In this document: positions 49,612 through 60,620 of the stretch, piece by piece
How positions within the stretch are numbered: position 1 is the first letter of the stretch
How the letters are laid out: every line of letters starts with the position of its first letter
Source: Octopus sinensis
Taxonomy: Eukaryota
Length of the DNA stretch: 64,000 nucleotides
Assembly: GCF_006345805.1 (NCBI RefSeq)
Contig: NC_043010.1
Coordinates: forward strand, 62,000,001-62,064,000
Direction of reading: 5' to 3'
Program-made: the position numbers and the translations under genes
Notes under the pieces: generated by a model
Seen by the model: only the letters and a program-made list of their open reading frames with translations
What the model was told of the DNA's origin: nothing
The model's database searches: none

Positions 49612-51978
49612 TTAGTGGTTATACCCAGAGAGGAGATTTAGGGCACTGTAAAGCACCTCCCCCGTGCTCGTGTGTTTACACTTCTTCAGGGTGGTCTTCT
49701 GGGAGAGGACCTTCTTACAGATGTCGTAGGTCAACATCTTCATGTCGGTGGGAAGGATTGGTTCCTGTTTCTTAGGGAACAGGTTGTCTGATGACTGGAA
49801 ACAGAATTCTTTCTTGCAGATGTCGGCGCCGAACCCCATCAGCCCTCCCCCGCCACCTCCGTCTGTGACTCCACACGACGACGACGACAACGATGACGAC
49901 AACGATGACGACAGCAGCGGCGTCGAGAGCGACGTGGAGGGCGAGACCAGCTGCAACGACGTCAGCGAGTTCTGCGTGAGGTTGTGCAAGTGATGCCTGT
50001 GGTGGTGGTGGTGGTGATGGTGGTGGTGATGATGATGCTGTCCCGAGCTGTGGTTACTGCACTGATGATGATGATTGTGATGGGGGTGATGATTGTTGCT
50101 GTTGTTGTTGTTGTTGTTACTGTTCAGGTGGTGATTGTGGTGCGGTTGCCCCTGACAACTGGGGCAACTGCAGCTGTTACTATTACAGCTGTTGCTTGTA
50201 CAACTGTTGCTGCTGGTGCAACTATTGTTGCTGCTGCTGCAGCTGTTGCTGGTGCAGCTGTTGCTGCTGGTACAGCTCGTGCTGCTGCAGCTGCCACTGC
50301 TGTTGCTGCAGTCGCATCTGCTACTGCACTCTGCTATTCCATCATTGCTGTCCTCCTCAACTTTAATCCCTAACTGCACACCACGACACCTCTCACACAC
50401 ACCACAGCTGCAAGTGCAACTCGCTGCACTGCAGCATCGGTTATACATCGAAACGGGAGAGTTGGTGGTGGTGTTGTTGTTGTTGTTGTTGTGGAGATGT
50501 TCGGAATCATTCATGTGCGATCGTCCGTCACTGCAACTGTCGTTACTATTGCTGCTGTTGCTTATGTTACTATGAAGACTGTGAGCGCCACCGTTGTGCG
50601 TGCGCTCATGGTTGTTCAGGTGTGATCGCTGTGCAAACGCCTTTGAACACAAGCTGCACTTGTAGGGCGCCTCCCCCGTGTGCGTTCTTTGGTGGTTCTT
50701 TAAGTGTCCACGTTGGGTAAATGATTTTGAACACCTCAAACACGTAAATGGTTTCTCCCCGGTATGGATACGTTCATGGTTGTTTAAGTGGTCCCTCTGA
50801 GCAAATGCTTTCGTACAGTATCGGCAACGGTAAGGTTTCTCGCCCGTGTGGGTCCTCGCATGATTCTGAAGGTGCACCTTCTGTGCAAAATGCTTCGGAC
50901 ACACAGGGCAAAGGAATGGCTTCTCTCCAGTGTGAGTTCGCTCGTGGATGACCAGGTGTGCACGGTGTGAGAAGAGCTTGCCACAATGAAGACACGAGTG
51001 CTGTTTGCCGTTCCAGTGCGCACGCTCGTGGTTGCGCAGGTTGGCACGTCGCGAGAATGCTTTACGGCAGAGATGGCACTTGAAGGCTTTCGAGTCTGTC
51101 CTTTCGGTTTTCACGACTGTCTGACCACCACCACCACCACCACCACCACCACCACCAATACTATCACTGCTACTCACACTACCACTCATCCAGCCCATGG
51201 CTATTCTCTCTTTCAAATCACAACCTATCCAGCTGTTCGTAATGTTATTGTTACAGTTCAGGTGATTGTTGTTGTTCAAGTGGTTGTCCTTGTCCAGCCA
51301 ACTCTCTCTGACCGCACCAAGGCCATTCATGCTGGCCTCATCGCACAACGAATCCTCGTCGACATTATTACCAACGTTCAGGAAACAGCTTCTGTCCTTA
51401 CTGTCGTCCGGGCCTAAACCCATACCATCGACACAGTCACTAGAAATAGTGGTAGTACTAGTAGTAGTAGTAGAAGATGTAGTAGAAGTAGAAGTAATAG
51501 TAGTAGTAGTAGTAATAGCAGAACTGTTTGTAGTAGCTGCAGTTGTAGTTGTAACATTAGCAGTGGTGGTGGTGGTAGAGCTGACAGCGATGTGGTTAAC
51601 GTGGTTGACATTGTTGTTGTTGTTGTGGTGGTGGTGGTGGTGGTGGCTGTTGTTGTTGTTGTTGCCGGCACTGTTGCTGCTTTTGCTCGGCTTCTCATTA
51701 TGATGGCTGTCGTTGCTAACGAGGCTTTTACCAGCGAGGCTATGGCTAATCGTGTAGCCGTCGTTCGCGATGGGAAACACTGATTTCTCTTCCTTCGGTT
51801 TCACGGTGCCGCCGTTGCTCCCACCGCTGCAGAAACTGCCCGTCTGCTGCAGCTGCTGGTGGTAGAGTTCATTCTGAGGGAAGACAGGCTGATCGCATAT
51901 CAAACGGCTGCTATCGATGCTGAATTCCAAGTTGAAGTCATTTCCCATGTTACCATACAGGGAATGCACAGAAAACAT
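49612..51978 (-). CDS. C2H2 zinc-finger transcription factor, 788 aa, six tandem fingers, Cys/Ser- and His-rich C-terminus
   Basis: Uninterrupted ORF; six C-X2-C-X12-H-X3-H fingers (~51087-50590) with TGEKP-type linkers. The frame is maintained through many microsatellite-like homopolymer tracts. Upstream coding exons cannot be excluded. Confidence 0.92.
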   Translation of the reverse strand: MFSVHSLYGNMGNDFNLEFSIDSSRLICDQPVFPQNELYHQQLQQTGSFCSGGSNGGTVKPKEEKSVFPIANDGYTISHSLAGKSLVSNDSHHNEKPSKSSNSAGNNNNNSHHHHHHHNNNNNVNHVNHIAVSSTTTTTANVTTTTAATTNSSAITTTTTITSTSTTSSTTTTSTTTISSDCVDGMGLGPDDSKDRSCFLNVGNNVDEDSLCDEASMNGLGAVRESWLDKDNHLNNNNHLNCNNNITNSWIGCDLKERIAMGWMSGSVSSSDSIGGGGGGGGGGGQTVVKTERTDSKAFKCHLCRKAFSRRANLRNHERAHWNGKQHSCLHCGKLFSHRAHLVIHERTHTGEKPFLCPVCPKHFAQKVHLQNHARTHTGEKPYRCRYCTKAFAQRDHLNNHERIHTGEKPFTCLRCSKSFTQRGHLKNHQRTHTGEAPYKCSLCSKAFAQRSHLNNHERTHNGGAHSLHSNISNSSNSNDSCSDGRSHMNDSEHLHNNNNNNTTTNSPVSMYNRCCSAASCTCSCGVCERCRGVQLGIKVEEDSNDGIAECSSRCDCSNSSGSCSSTSCTSSNSCTSNSCSSSNNSCTSSNSCTSNSCNSNSCSCPSCQGQPHHNHHLNSNNNNNNSNNHHPHHNHHHQCSNHSSGQHHHHHHHHHHHHHRHHLHNLTQNSLTSLQLVSPSTSLSTPLLSSSLSSSLSSSSCGVTDGGGGGGLMGFGADICKKEFCFQSSDNLFPKKQEPILPTDMKMLTYDICKKVLSQKTTLKKCKHTSTGEVLYSALNLLSGYNH

Positions 51979-53137
51979 TGTAATGCCGATGTCAAACGAT
52001 CCTTCACCAAATGGCCTTCTTCAAACAGCGTTTCCTCGTTAATCCTTCATTTGTTAGTTTCCTTAATTGACTTATTTTTTTCATATAATAATTTCTGTCT
52101 TCACATTTAATTATGTTTCTGTTTTTTCAAAACTGTTCTTCTTTGTTTTTTTTTTTATCTTCTTTTTTTTTTTCTCTCTCTCTCTCTATATTTTTGCTCT
52201 TTCTTTTCTCAGCACAACCAAAGAATTATGATATACTGAAAATATAATTCCAAAGAATTTCTTTAACAAAGTCACATTCCATAAAATGTAAGAATGGTCT
52301 TAAAATCATTTTTGTTTCTTTCCAAATATATATATATATATATATAAATATATATACATACACACACATGCATGTATGTATATATATGTAATAGATATGT
52401 ATGTATATATGTAACTACAACAAAAATAAGCCTTTCTCATATGGGTTTACTCCATTGTCATTCAATTTCTCCAGTTTTAAAATATCTTTTTGTATTTTTC
52501 TTAAAAATTATTCCAGAAACTTCTACTGAAGGATAGATATTTCTTGTGAATATCTTAAATATTTTCTGTTATTAATTTTGTAGTTTTCAAAAAAATAATG
52601 GCAAAAAAAAAAACAACAACTATCAAACTGGTTTGGACCAGTCAGTTCCAGTCAGAACACACCTGACATGTTTCACAAATATCTTATTTCTCTGTTGACA
52701 TTTTGTCCGTTACAAACCAAACTTCTACAGTTCCACAGCAGACTCGCAGTGCTGTATTTTGAAATGGCAGCAAATCTCACCAATGGGTACATACACATCT
52801 GGCAGCCGTTGGTATGAACTCAATCAGACTTCAAGGTTGTTTAAAGAAGAAAGGTTATTATTAAGATAATTCTTCAGGTTCTCAAAATACTAAGTCTTTT
52901 GGCTTGCCATTCTTCCCAATTACTAGGTCTCCATATAAATACGTATATATATACACACACACACACATATATATATAGCTATAGATATATATATATATAT
53001 ATATATACAGATATCTGTAGAGAAATTTAAGGTTTGTCTTCGGTATTTTTGGTAAAAGCCTCCTAAATTCAATTGGATTACAAAAATATGATTCTTTTAA
53101 ACTAATGTCATTATTACTTTTTTTTTCTTTTCTTGGA

Positions 53138-53245
53138 TTAGCCAATCAAAAGTTATATATGTTGCTATGACCAGCCAATCAAATGCTATGGTATACTGGA
53201 ATTAGCCAATCAAATGTTGCATTGTACTGTGACTAGCCAATCAAA
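53138..53245. promoter_or_regulatory. Four phased AGCCAATCA (NF-Y-type CCAAT) boxes
   Basis: CCAAT at 53142, 53175, 53206 and 53237 (spacing 33/31/31 bp), about 1.2 kb upstream of the ZF ATG. Confidence 0.55.
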
Positions 53246-53436
53246 TGCAATATTCCAGCATTCTGCTCGGAGAGATACATTTTGTTATTTTGTCTTGTTT
53301 TCTTATCTTCCTGGGACAGTTTTCTCCTCCTCCAACTTGAAATATTTTTGAATTTCTTCAGATCCTCCTGGAATAGATAGAAGAAAAATTAGTCAAAAAG
53401 TGTCAAATACCAAAATGCAGATACACACACACATAC

Positions 53437-53665
53437 ATATTTCTTTATTGCCCACAAGGGGCTAAACATAGAGGGGACAAACAAGGACAGACATAGGTAT
53501 TAAGTCGATTATATCGACCCCAGTGAGTAACTGGTACTTAATTTATCGACCCCAAAAGGATGAAAGGCAAAGTCGACCTCGGCGGAATTTGAACTCAGAA
53601 TGTAACGGCAGATGAAATACCACTAAGTATTTCGCCCGGCTTGCTAACGTTTCTGCCAGCTCACC
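53437..53665 (-). mobile_element. SINE family 'A'
   Basis: Reverse complement of the consensus. Confidence 0.9.
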
Positions 53666-54039
53666 GCACACACACATACAGACACGCATGCACGCACGTG
53701 CGCGCACTCACACACACACATAGGTTTATATGTATATACATGTTTATACACACACAAACACAGATTGATTTTCCATTTGTCATTCTGTTTACATAATTTC
53801 TCAAGATATTGATTTCAAATTTTGGCACAAGGCCAGTAATACTGAGGGGGAAGGGTAAGTTAATTCGATCAACCCCAGTGTACAACTGGTACTTATTTTA
53901 TGAACCCCGAAAGGATGCAATACAAAAGTCAACCTTGATGGAATTTGAACTCAGAACACAAAGATGGATAAAATACTGCCAAGAACTTTGCCTGGTCTGC
54001 TCATGATTTTACCAGTTCAAAGCCTCATATTATCATCAG

Positions 54040-54905
54040 TCGTTGCGGTACTGGCTACGATCACGTTCGGATGGTTTTCTTATGTGCCACCGGCACTGGT
54101 ACCACAAGGATACAAATTCCATTGATGTTCATCTATTTTGATTTGGTTCGATTTGATTTGATTTGATTCGATTCGATTCTCACTTGCCTCAACAGGTCTT
54201 CACAAGTGTCACAAGAAGGAAGGAATGCACAGGTGGGCTGACTACGTCCCAGGTAGGGGCCACGGATTATGGCTTCACTAGTCTTGCCGGGTCTTCTCAC
54301 GCACAGCATACTTCCATAGGTCTCGGTCTCTAGTCATTTCCATGGTGAGACCTAACGTCCAAAGGTCGTGCTTCACCACTTCGTCCCAGGTTTTCCTGGG
54401 TCTACCTCTTCCACGGGTTCCCTCAACTGCTAGGGATTGGCACTTTCTCACACACCTATCTTCATCCATTCTCGCCACATGACCATACCAGCGCAATCGT
54501 CTCTCTTGCACACAACAACTGATGCTTCTTAGGTACAACATTTCTCTCAAGGTACTAACGCTCTGTCGAGTAAGTACACTGACATTATACATCCATCGGA
54601 GCATACTGGCTTCGTTCCTCACAAGCTTACGCATGTCCTCAGCAGTCACGGCCATGTTTCACTGCCATGTAGCATAGCTGTTCGTACACATGCATCATAC
54701 AGTCTGCCTTTTACTCTGAGCGAGAGGCCTTTAGTCACCAGCAGAGGTAAGAGCTCCCTAAACTTTGCCCAGGCTATTCTTATTCTAGCAGTTACACTTT
54801 CAGCGCACCCGCCCCCACTACTGACTTGGTCACCTAGATAGCGGAAGCTATCAACTACTTCTAGTTTTTCCCCCCCGGAAAGTGACGGAAGTTGTTTTCT
54901 GCAGA
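54040..54905 (-). mobile_element. 5'-truncated RTE LINE (C-terminal ORF plus 3' UTR)
   Basis: LEVVDSFRYLG..ARIRIAWAKF..YDACVRTAMLHGSETW/..RRLRWYGHVARM..GRGRPRKTW. The UTR has (GAATC)n repeats and a family 'D' unit. Confidence 0.9.
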
Positions 54906-55129
54906 AAACAACTATTATATCTCATAATATTAATTACTCGTTGATTACTTGGTCAGACTGCTATATATAGAATACCTCTCGCTTCTCCTCTCATTGTCTG
55001 GTGTTGTTACTACATTCCCTCCCATACAATTACATCTAATAATTCACCTCCTCCACCTTCAGTTCATAGTATTACCACCTCTCCATCTCTGATTTCATTT
55101 ACTACAACTTCAACCTTCCTCTGTCAACA

Positions 55130-55460
55130 GCTTTTAAAATTTACTGCAGTGTATAATTTTCCTTTGCCCACCACCTGAACGTGGCCGATGCCAGCGCCAC
55201 CTTGACTGGCTTCTATGCCGGTGGCATGTAAAAAGCACCATCCAATTGTAGTCAATGCCAGCCCCCTCTGGTCCCTGTGCCAGTGGCACATAAAAAGAGC
55301 ACCCACTACACTCTTGGAGTGGTTGGCACTAGGAAGGGCATTCAGCTGTAGAAACACTACCAGATCAAACTGGAGCCTGGTGCAGCCTCCTGGCTTCCCA
55401 GACCCCAGTCGAACCGTCCAACCCATGCCAACATGGAAAACAGACGTTAAACAATGATGA
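55130..55460 (+). mobile_element. RTE 3' end (family 'D')
   Basis: Tandem GTGGCA.GTAAAAAGCACC units, then AGGAAGGGCATTCAGCTGTAGAA and a GATGAT tail. Confidence 0.8.
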
Positions 55461-55789
55461 TTGGTGTATAAAAGTCGTTATTTCCAATATTAGAGTCTTA
55501 TTCTCTTCATATTACAAGCTAACATCAATAATATACTTTTATTATTGTGGATAATACAATTTTTACAATGTTACACAGGTGCAATTCATATTCTTTTATG
55601 TATCCTGATACATAAAAAGATATACCTCTCAAAAATAACGTTTCTCAGAATTATATTATCAGAGTATCGGAGTACAACGGAGTACAAGTGTATGTGGCTA
55701 AGAACTTCACCTTCCTGACCACATGGCTTTGGGTTCAATCCGCATGCATGCACACATACACACACAGTGAAAAATGGTGAGGAATGTTC

Positions 55790-56190
55790 TACCCATAGGA
55801 GTAGCTGTTTGGTAAGTAGCTTGTTTACCAACCACATGGTTCCAGGTTCAGTCCCACTGCGTGGCACTTTGGGCAAGTGTCTTCTACTTTAGCCTCGGGC
55901 CGACCAAAGCCTTGTGAGTGGATTTGGTAGACGGAAACTGAAAGAAGCCCATCGTATATATGTATGTGTGTGTGTATATGTTTGTGTGTCTGTGTTTGTC
56001 CTCCTCAACATCGCTTGACAACCAATGGTGGTGTGTTTACGTCCCTGTAACTTAGCGGTTCAGCAAAAGAAACCGATAGAATAAGTACTAGGCTTACAAA
56101 GAATAAGTCCTGGAGTCAATTTGCTCAACTAAAGGTGGTGCTCCAGCATGGCCACAGTCAAATGATTGAAACAAGTAAAAGAATAACCCA
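55790..56190 (+). mobile_element. SINE family 'B', full length
   Basis: Matches 1692-2068. Confidence 0.85.
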
Positions 56191-56249
56191 ACATAGCTCA
56201 ATGGTTAGTGACTTCAGGTGAAGACTTAGAAAGACTCAGAGACACAAAC

Positions 56250-58700
56250 CAATCAGAAAAAGCAAAACAGAGAAGCTTAAAGATCTATTATTGATCAGTG
56301 TAAAATTTCAGAAAAGTACAAAAACATTGATGGAAAATAGCAAGAGACAGCGACATGTTGTATTGAGGACAACTGGAAGATTCCACACAAGAGGACCAGC
56401 TGAGGGTTACAAAGCAAACTTGTGCAAGGCTCCAGCCAGACTAGGGGCAATTTGGTGATGGAATAGTGAGATAGACAACATCATAAAATATTGGAAGAAT
56501 GGGGGCAGAAGATAGTTATATCAAGTAGCTAGGCAACAGGCTTGCTTAACAAGGGGAGAAGCAAGAAGTAGGAGGTTTGTCTATGTTCTATAGCATAAGG
56601 GTCAAAAGTGCAAGTGTTCCAGATTGCAAGGCAATGTGTCAAAGAATATTGAGATGTTGTGTCATCATCATCATCGTCATCGTTTAACATCCATTTTCCA
56701 TGCTAGCATGGGTTGGCTGGTTCGACCAGGGTCTGAGAAGCCAGGGAGGCTGCACCAGGCTCCAGTCTGATCTGGCAGTGTTTCTACAGCTGGATGCCCT
56801 TCCTAATGCCAACCAAGATGGATAATTGTACTTAGTGTTTCTGAAAAGAAAGAGACATGGATGTGTCACTATGAAAGGATGCTAAAAGTGGAGAGTGAAT
56901 GGGAGGAGAATCTTCCTAATGTGGACCAAAGAGAGAGAGTCCAGTTATCTGAGTTGACAGCATTATGATAGATAAAGCGATTAAAGGCATGAAGACAAGA
57001 AAAGCCCCTGGTCCATCGGGAGTTATTGAGAAAATGCTTAAAATATCTGGCAAAATGGGACATGGCCTAATCACCCATATAACTAATTAGGTTGCACTAG
57101 AAGGTATAGTTAGTGAGCTGGCAGAAACTTTAGCATGCCAGGCAAAATGCTTAGCGGTATTTCGTCTGCTGTTACGTTCCGAGTTCAAATTCCACCGAGG
57201 TTGACTTTGCCTTTCATCCTTTCGGGGGTCAATAAATTAAGTACCAGTTACGCACTGGGGTCATTATAATCGACTTAATCCGTTTGTCTATCCTTGTTTG
57301 TCCTCTCTGTGTTTAGCCCCTTGTGAGTAGTAAAGAAATAGGTATAGTTAACGACTTGTGTAGCAACATTATAGTCAACTGTTACAAGAGTAAAGGAAAT
57401 ACTTAGAGAGAATTAATTTCAGAGATATCAAATTACAGGACGAGGTCTTGAGAGTTGCCGGAACAATTGTAGCCCAACTAATTAGGAAGAGATTTAAGCT
57501 AGATAAGATGCAGTTTGGTTTTTGTGCCAGGGAGAAGCATTTAACCAAAAATAAAATGCTGCATTTGGCATTTGTTGACATGGAGAAAGCCTTTGACAGG
57601 ATCCTTTGCTCTGCCATCTTGGAAACATCTGAGGAAACTAGGGGTAGACAAATGGTTTGTGAGAGTTGTTCAAGCTGCATACAGTGATGTTGCCAGTCAG
57701 GTGAGTGTTAGCAACAGGTACTGTCATAAATTCATTGTGTAGGTGGAGGTCCACCAGGGTTTGGTCCCTAGTTCTGTTTATTACAGTCCTCCAAACCATA
57801 AGAAAGGAGTTTAAAACTGGATAACCATAGGAACTGCTATATGCTGATTACCTTGTTCTTATAGCTGAACCTGAAGCAGAACTAGAAAAGAATGTCCCAG
57901 GGGTTCCAGGTGTGGAAGCAAAACCTGGAATCGAAGGGCTTCAAAGTTAATTCACCAAAGCCTGAAGTATTATTATCAGGGAGACGGTTGTGTTTCATCA
58001 TCATCATCGTTTAACGTCCGCTTTCCATGCTAGCATGGGTTGGACGATTTTGACTGAGGGCTGGCGAACCAGATGGCTGCACCAGGCTCCAATCTTGATC
58101 TGGCAGAGTTTCTATAGCTGGATGCTTTTCCTAATGCCAACCACTCCAAGAGTGTATTAGGTGTTTAAGATATGGAAAAGTGGTTCTGTACAATGTACAA
58201 AGTGCAAGCTTCGGAAATCCAAGAAATGCAATGGAATCAGAGGAAGATTAACAGAGAAAGTGGATTTCATGCTTGGTCAATGCTTAGAAGCAATAAACGC
58301 TTAGGACATTGGCAATAGATTCTCTTGAATGCCTAGAAAGCGCTTTCTAATAGATAGTGTCAGTTACCTCCATAGTCTAATTGGCAAACAGGGTGGATGC
58401 TTTGTAAGTATAGGGGACAAAGTACGAACAGGGTGGAATAAACTGTTGCCTCTGTTGATAACAAAAGGCCTCTCTTTTGAGCGAAAAGTAGACTGTATGA
58501 TGCTTGTGTAGAAAATGAAATGATAGCTAAAAGTGAGACATGAGTCCTAAGTGTAGAAGAATTACAAAGACTAGAAAGAAATAAAGCTAGTGGACTCCAT
58601 TGGACGTGCAATGTCAGTGTGCATGAATGACAAAGTGCAAATGTGTTGTGAGAAACACTGAGCATACGAGGAATCAGATGTGGGGATGGGGGGACCTTTA
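56250..58700 (+). pseudogene. Heavily decayed RTE LINE ORF, interrupted by SINE 'A' and two family 'D' ends
   Basis: Fragments KAIKGMKTRKAPGPSG (56980-57020), KMQFGF, LHLAFVDMEKAFDRI (57565-57603), ELLYAD(Y)LVLIAE (57830-57870), KGLS..K..LYDACV (58460-58510). Confidence 0.8.
57113..57339 (+). mobile_element. SINE family 'A' inserted in the RTE
   Basis: TSD AGGTATAGTTA at 57102-57112 and 57340-57350. Confidence 0.85.
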
Positions 58701-59921
58701 AAGATTAAGTCATGTAGGCAGACTTCAGATTTTGAGTTTCACAAAGAAAGACAAAAGACTGAGATGAGTGGCAATATGCAGTACTTGAGAAGACCCACCC
58801 ACAGAAAAACTGAGGTTCAGAAAGCATTAATAGTTAAACACACAGCCCCCAGTTTATCTCTATCAAACATTTCCACAACTCTCATCTCATTATTCAGCCA
58901 TTCATCACACTCCTAACAACTGCTTTAATCTGCTGCAGTAATAAAATTAGAGAAGTATCCCCCTTTTCTATTACCAGTTGTCTCTCCCTGGAAGCACTTC
59001 TTTTTTACACCCATCCCCCCTCTCCATTCATATTTTCCATTGATTGCCCTTTCTGTGCTACCAGTTACATCTCTTTATCTCTTCTCTGAAGTACTTCCTC
59101 ACCCACTCTTATGTACCTCTGACCACTTCCCCCACTACTATATACTTCTGCAATCTTTACCCATCCACCCCATCTGCCATCTCACTATCTACTGTATTAT
59201 TCTGTTCTTCATCCTTTCTGTTGTGCCAGTCATCACTTCCTCTCCCTTGAGTCACTTCATCAATATTTACCCCTCATTCTTATCACCTCTCACATTTATA
59301 TTTACCATTGACCAACCCTCCACCCTTATCTATTATTTACTACATTTACCCCCACCCCTACCACACTCTGTCTCTAACAACTCCCCAACCTCTACCTATA
59401 AACCCTTCTCAGTCTTTTGTCTCTGCACTTCCTTCTATTCACCTTCTTTGTACCTTGAAGCACCCCTTGACACTTTCTCACCTCCATCATTATCTCTCTT
59501 TCCAGCTCCAGCCAAATTACTATTCACATCCACCCTTTTATAATACAAGGTAGCCCTGTGCCTCCTCTACAGCAAAAAACCTCTTCCTATCCCCTGCAAT
59601 CCTATTTCAACCAATCAAAATGTAACACAATCCCACCTCCCTCTCTACTACACTCCTACTCACTTAAAGAAGCCTCTTTTGTATTATGAGTGGTGTGGTA
59701 ACCTCACTAGTGCTGGCGTCACAAAAAAGCACACAGTGTGCTTTATAAAGCGGTTGGTGTTAGAAGAGTATCCAGCCATAGACACACTGCTAAAGCAGCC
59801 ATTGGAGCTTGATGCAACGCTTTGATACAGCAAATCCGATCTAACCAGCAAACATAGAGCAGCATGGAAGACAGAATTTAATAGATGATGGTTATGATGA
59901 TGATGATGATATATATATATC

Positions 59922-60148
59922 GTTGTGGCGAGCTGGCAAACATGTTAGCATGCCGGGTGAAATGCTTAGGGGTATTTCGTCTGTCGTAACATTCTGAGTT
60001 CAAATTCCGCCGGCGTCAACTTTGCCTTTCATCCTTTCAGAGTCGATAAATAAAGTACCAGTTTCGCACTGGGGTCGATGTAATCGACTTAATCCCTTTG
60101 TCCTTGTTTGTCCCCTCTATGTTTATCCCGTTGTGGACAATAAAGAAA
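59922..60148 (+). mobile_element. SINE family 'A'
   Basis: Matches the consensus at 17199-17432. Confidence 0.85.
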
Positions 60149-60344
60149 TATATATATATATACATATATAAATATATATATATATCGTTGCTATTATGTT
60201 AAACTGTCATATGTCCAAATTTGGCCAAATGCATTTTTTCAATATTAAATTTTGCTTGCAATAGCTGGTTCTTTTGATCAAACTATCGTATCTCCAGCTG
60301 CTTCAGATTCCAAGATATGGAAATTGTCAAAATGTTGCACAACA

Positions 60345-60620
60345 CAGTTCTATATTCAAAAACCAATGAGGAATTATGTACATTATTTACATTTTTTACA
60401 CATGATGGATATTTGTCCTCATCTTGTTTGTTGTTAACACAACATTTTGTCTGACATACACTCCAGCCTTCATCAGATGTCGAAAAATACCTTAGGAATG
60501 AGAATCCAGGTTTGAAATTTCCTCAAGACACCTGATGAAGGCTGGCGAGTATATCAGCCGAAACGTTGTGTTAACAACAAACAAAATGAGGACAAATATC
60601 TGTCAAATGTAAATAATGTA
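60345..60620. mobile_element. Fold-back element, hammerhead family 1
   Basis: Left arm 60345-60481 (core mutated) joined directly to right arm 60482-60620 (core intact). Confidence 0.85.
60527..60572 (+). ncRNA. Minimal type I hammerhead ribozyme (Penelope-type, dimer-forming stem III)
   Basis: GACAC-CTGATGA-A-GGCTG-loop-CAGCC-GAAA-CG-T-T^-GTGTT. Stem I GACAC/GTGTT; palindromic AACGTT in place of a stable stem III; one extra A after A9. Confidence 0.7.

Noticed and set aside
50590-51087. MTF-1 orthology of the six-finger protein
   Set aside because: Fingers are C-X2-C with generic TGEKP linkers, unlike the C-X4-C fingers of MTF-1, so no gene symbol was assigned.
49742-51783. Plus-strand ORFs overlapping the zinc-finger gene
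   Set aside because: Antisense shadows of a low-complexity coding sequence with no independent protein signal.
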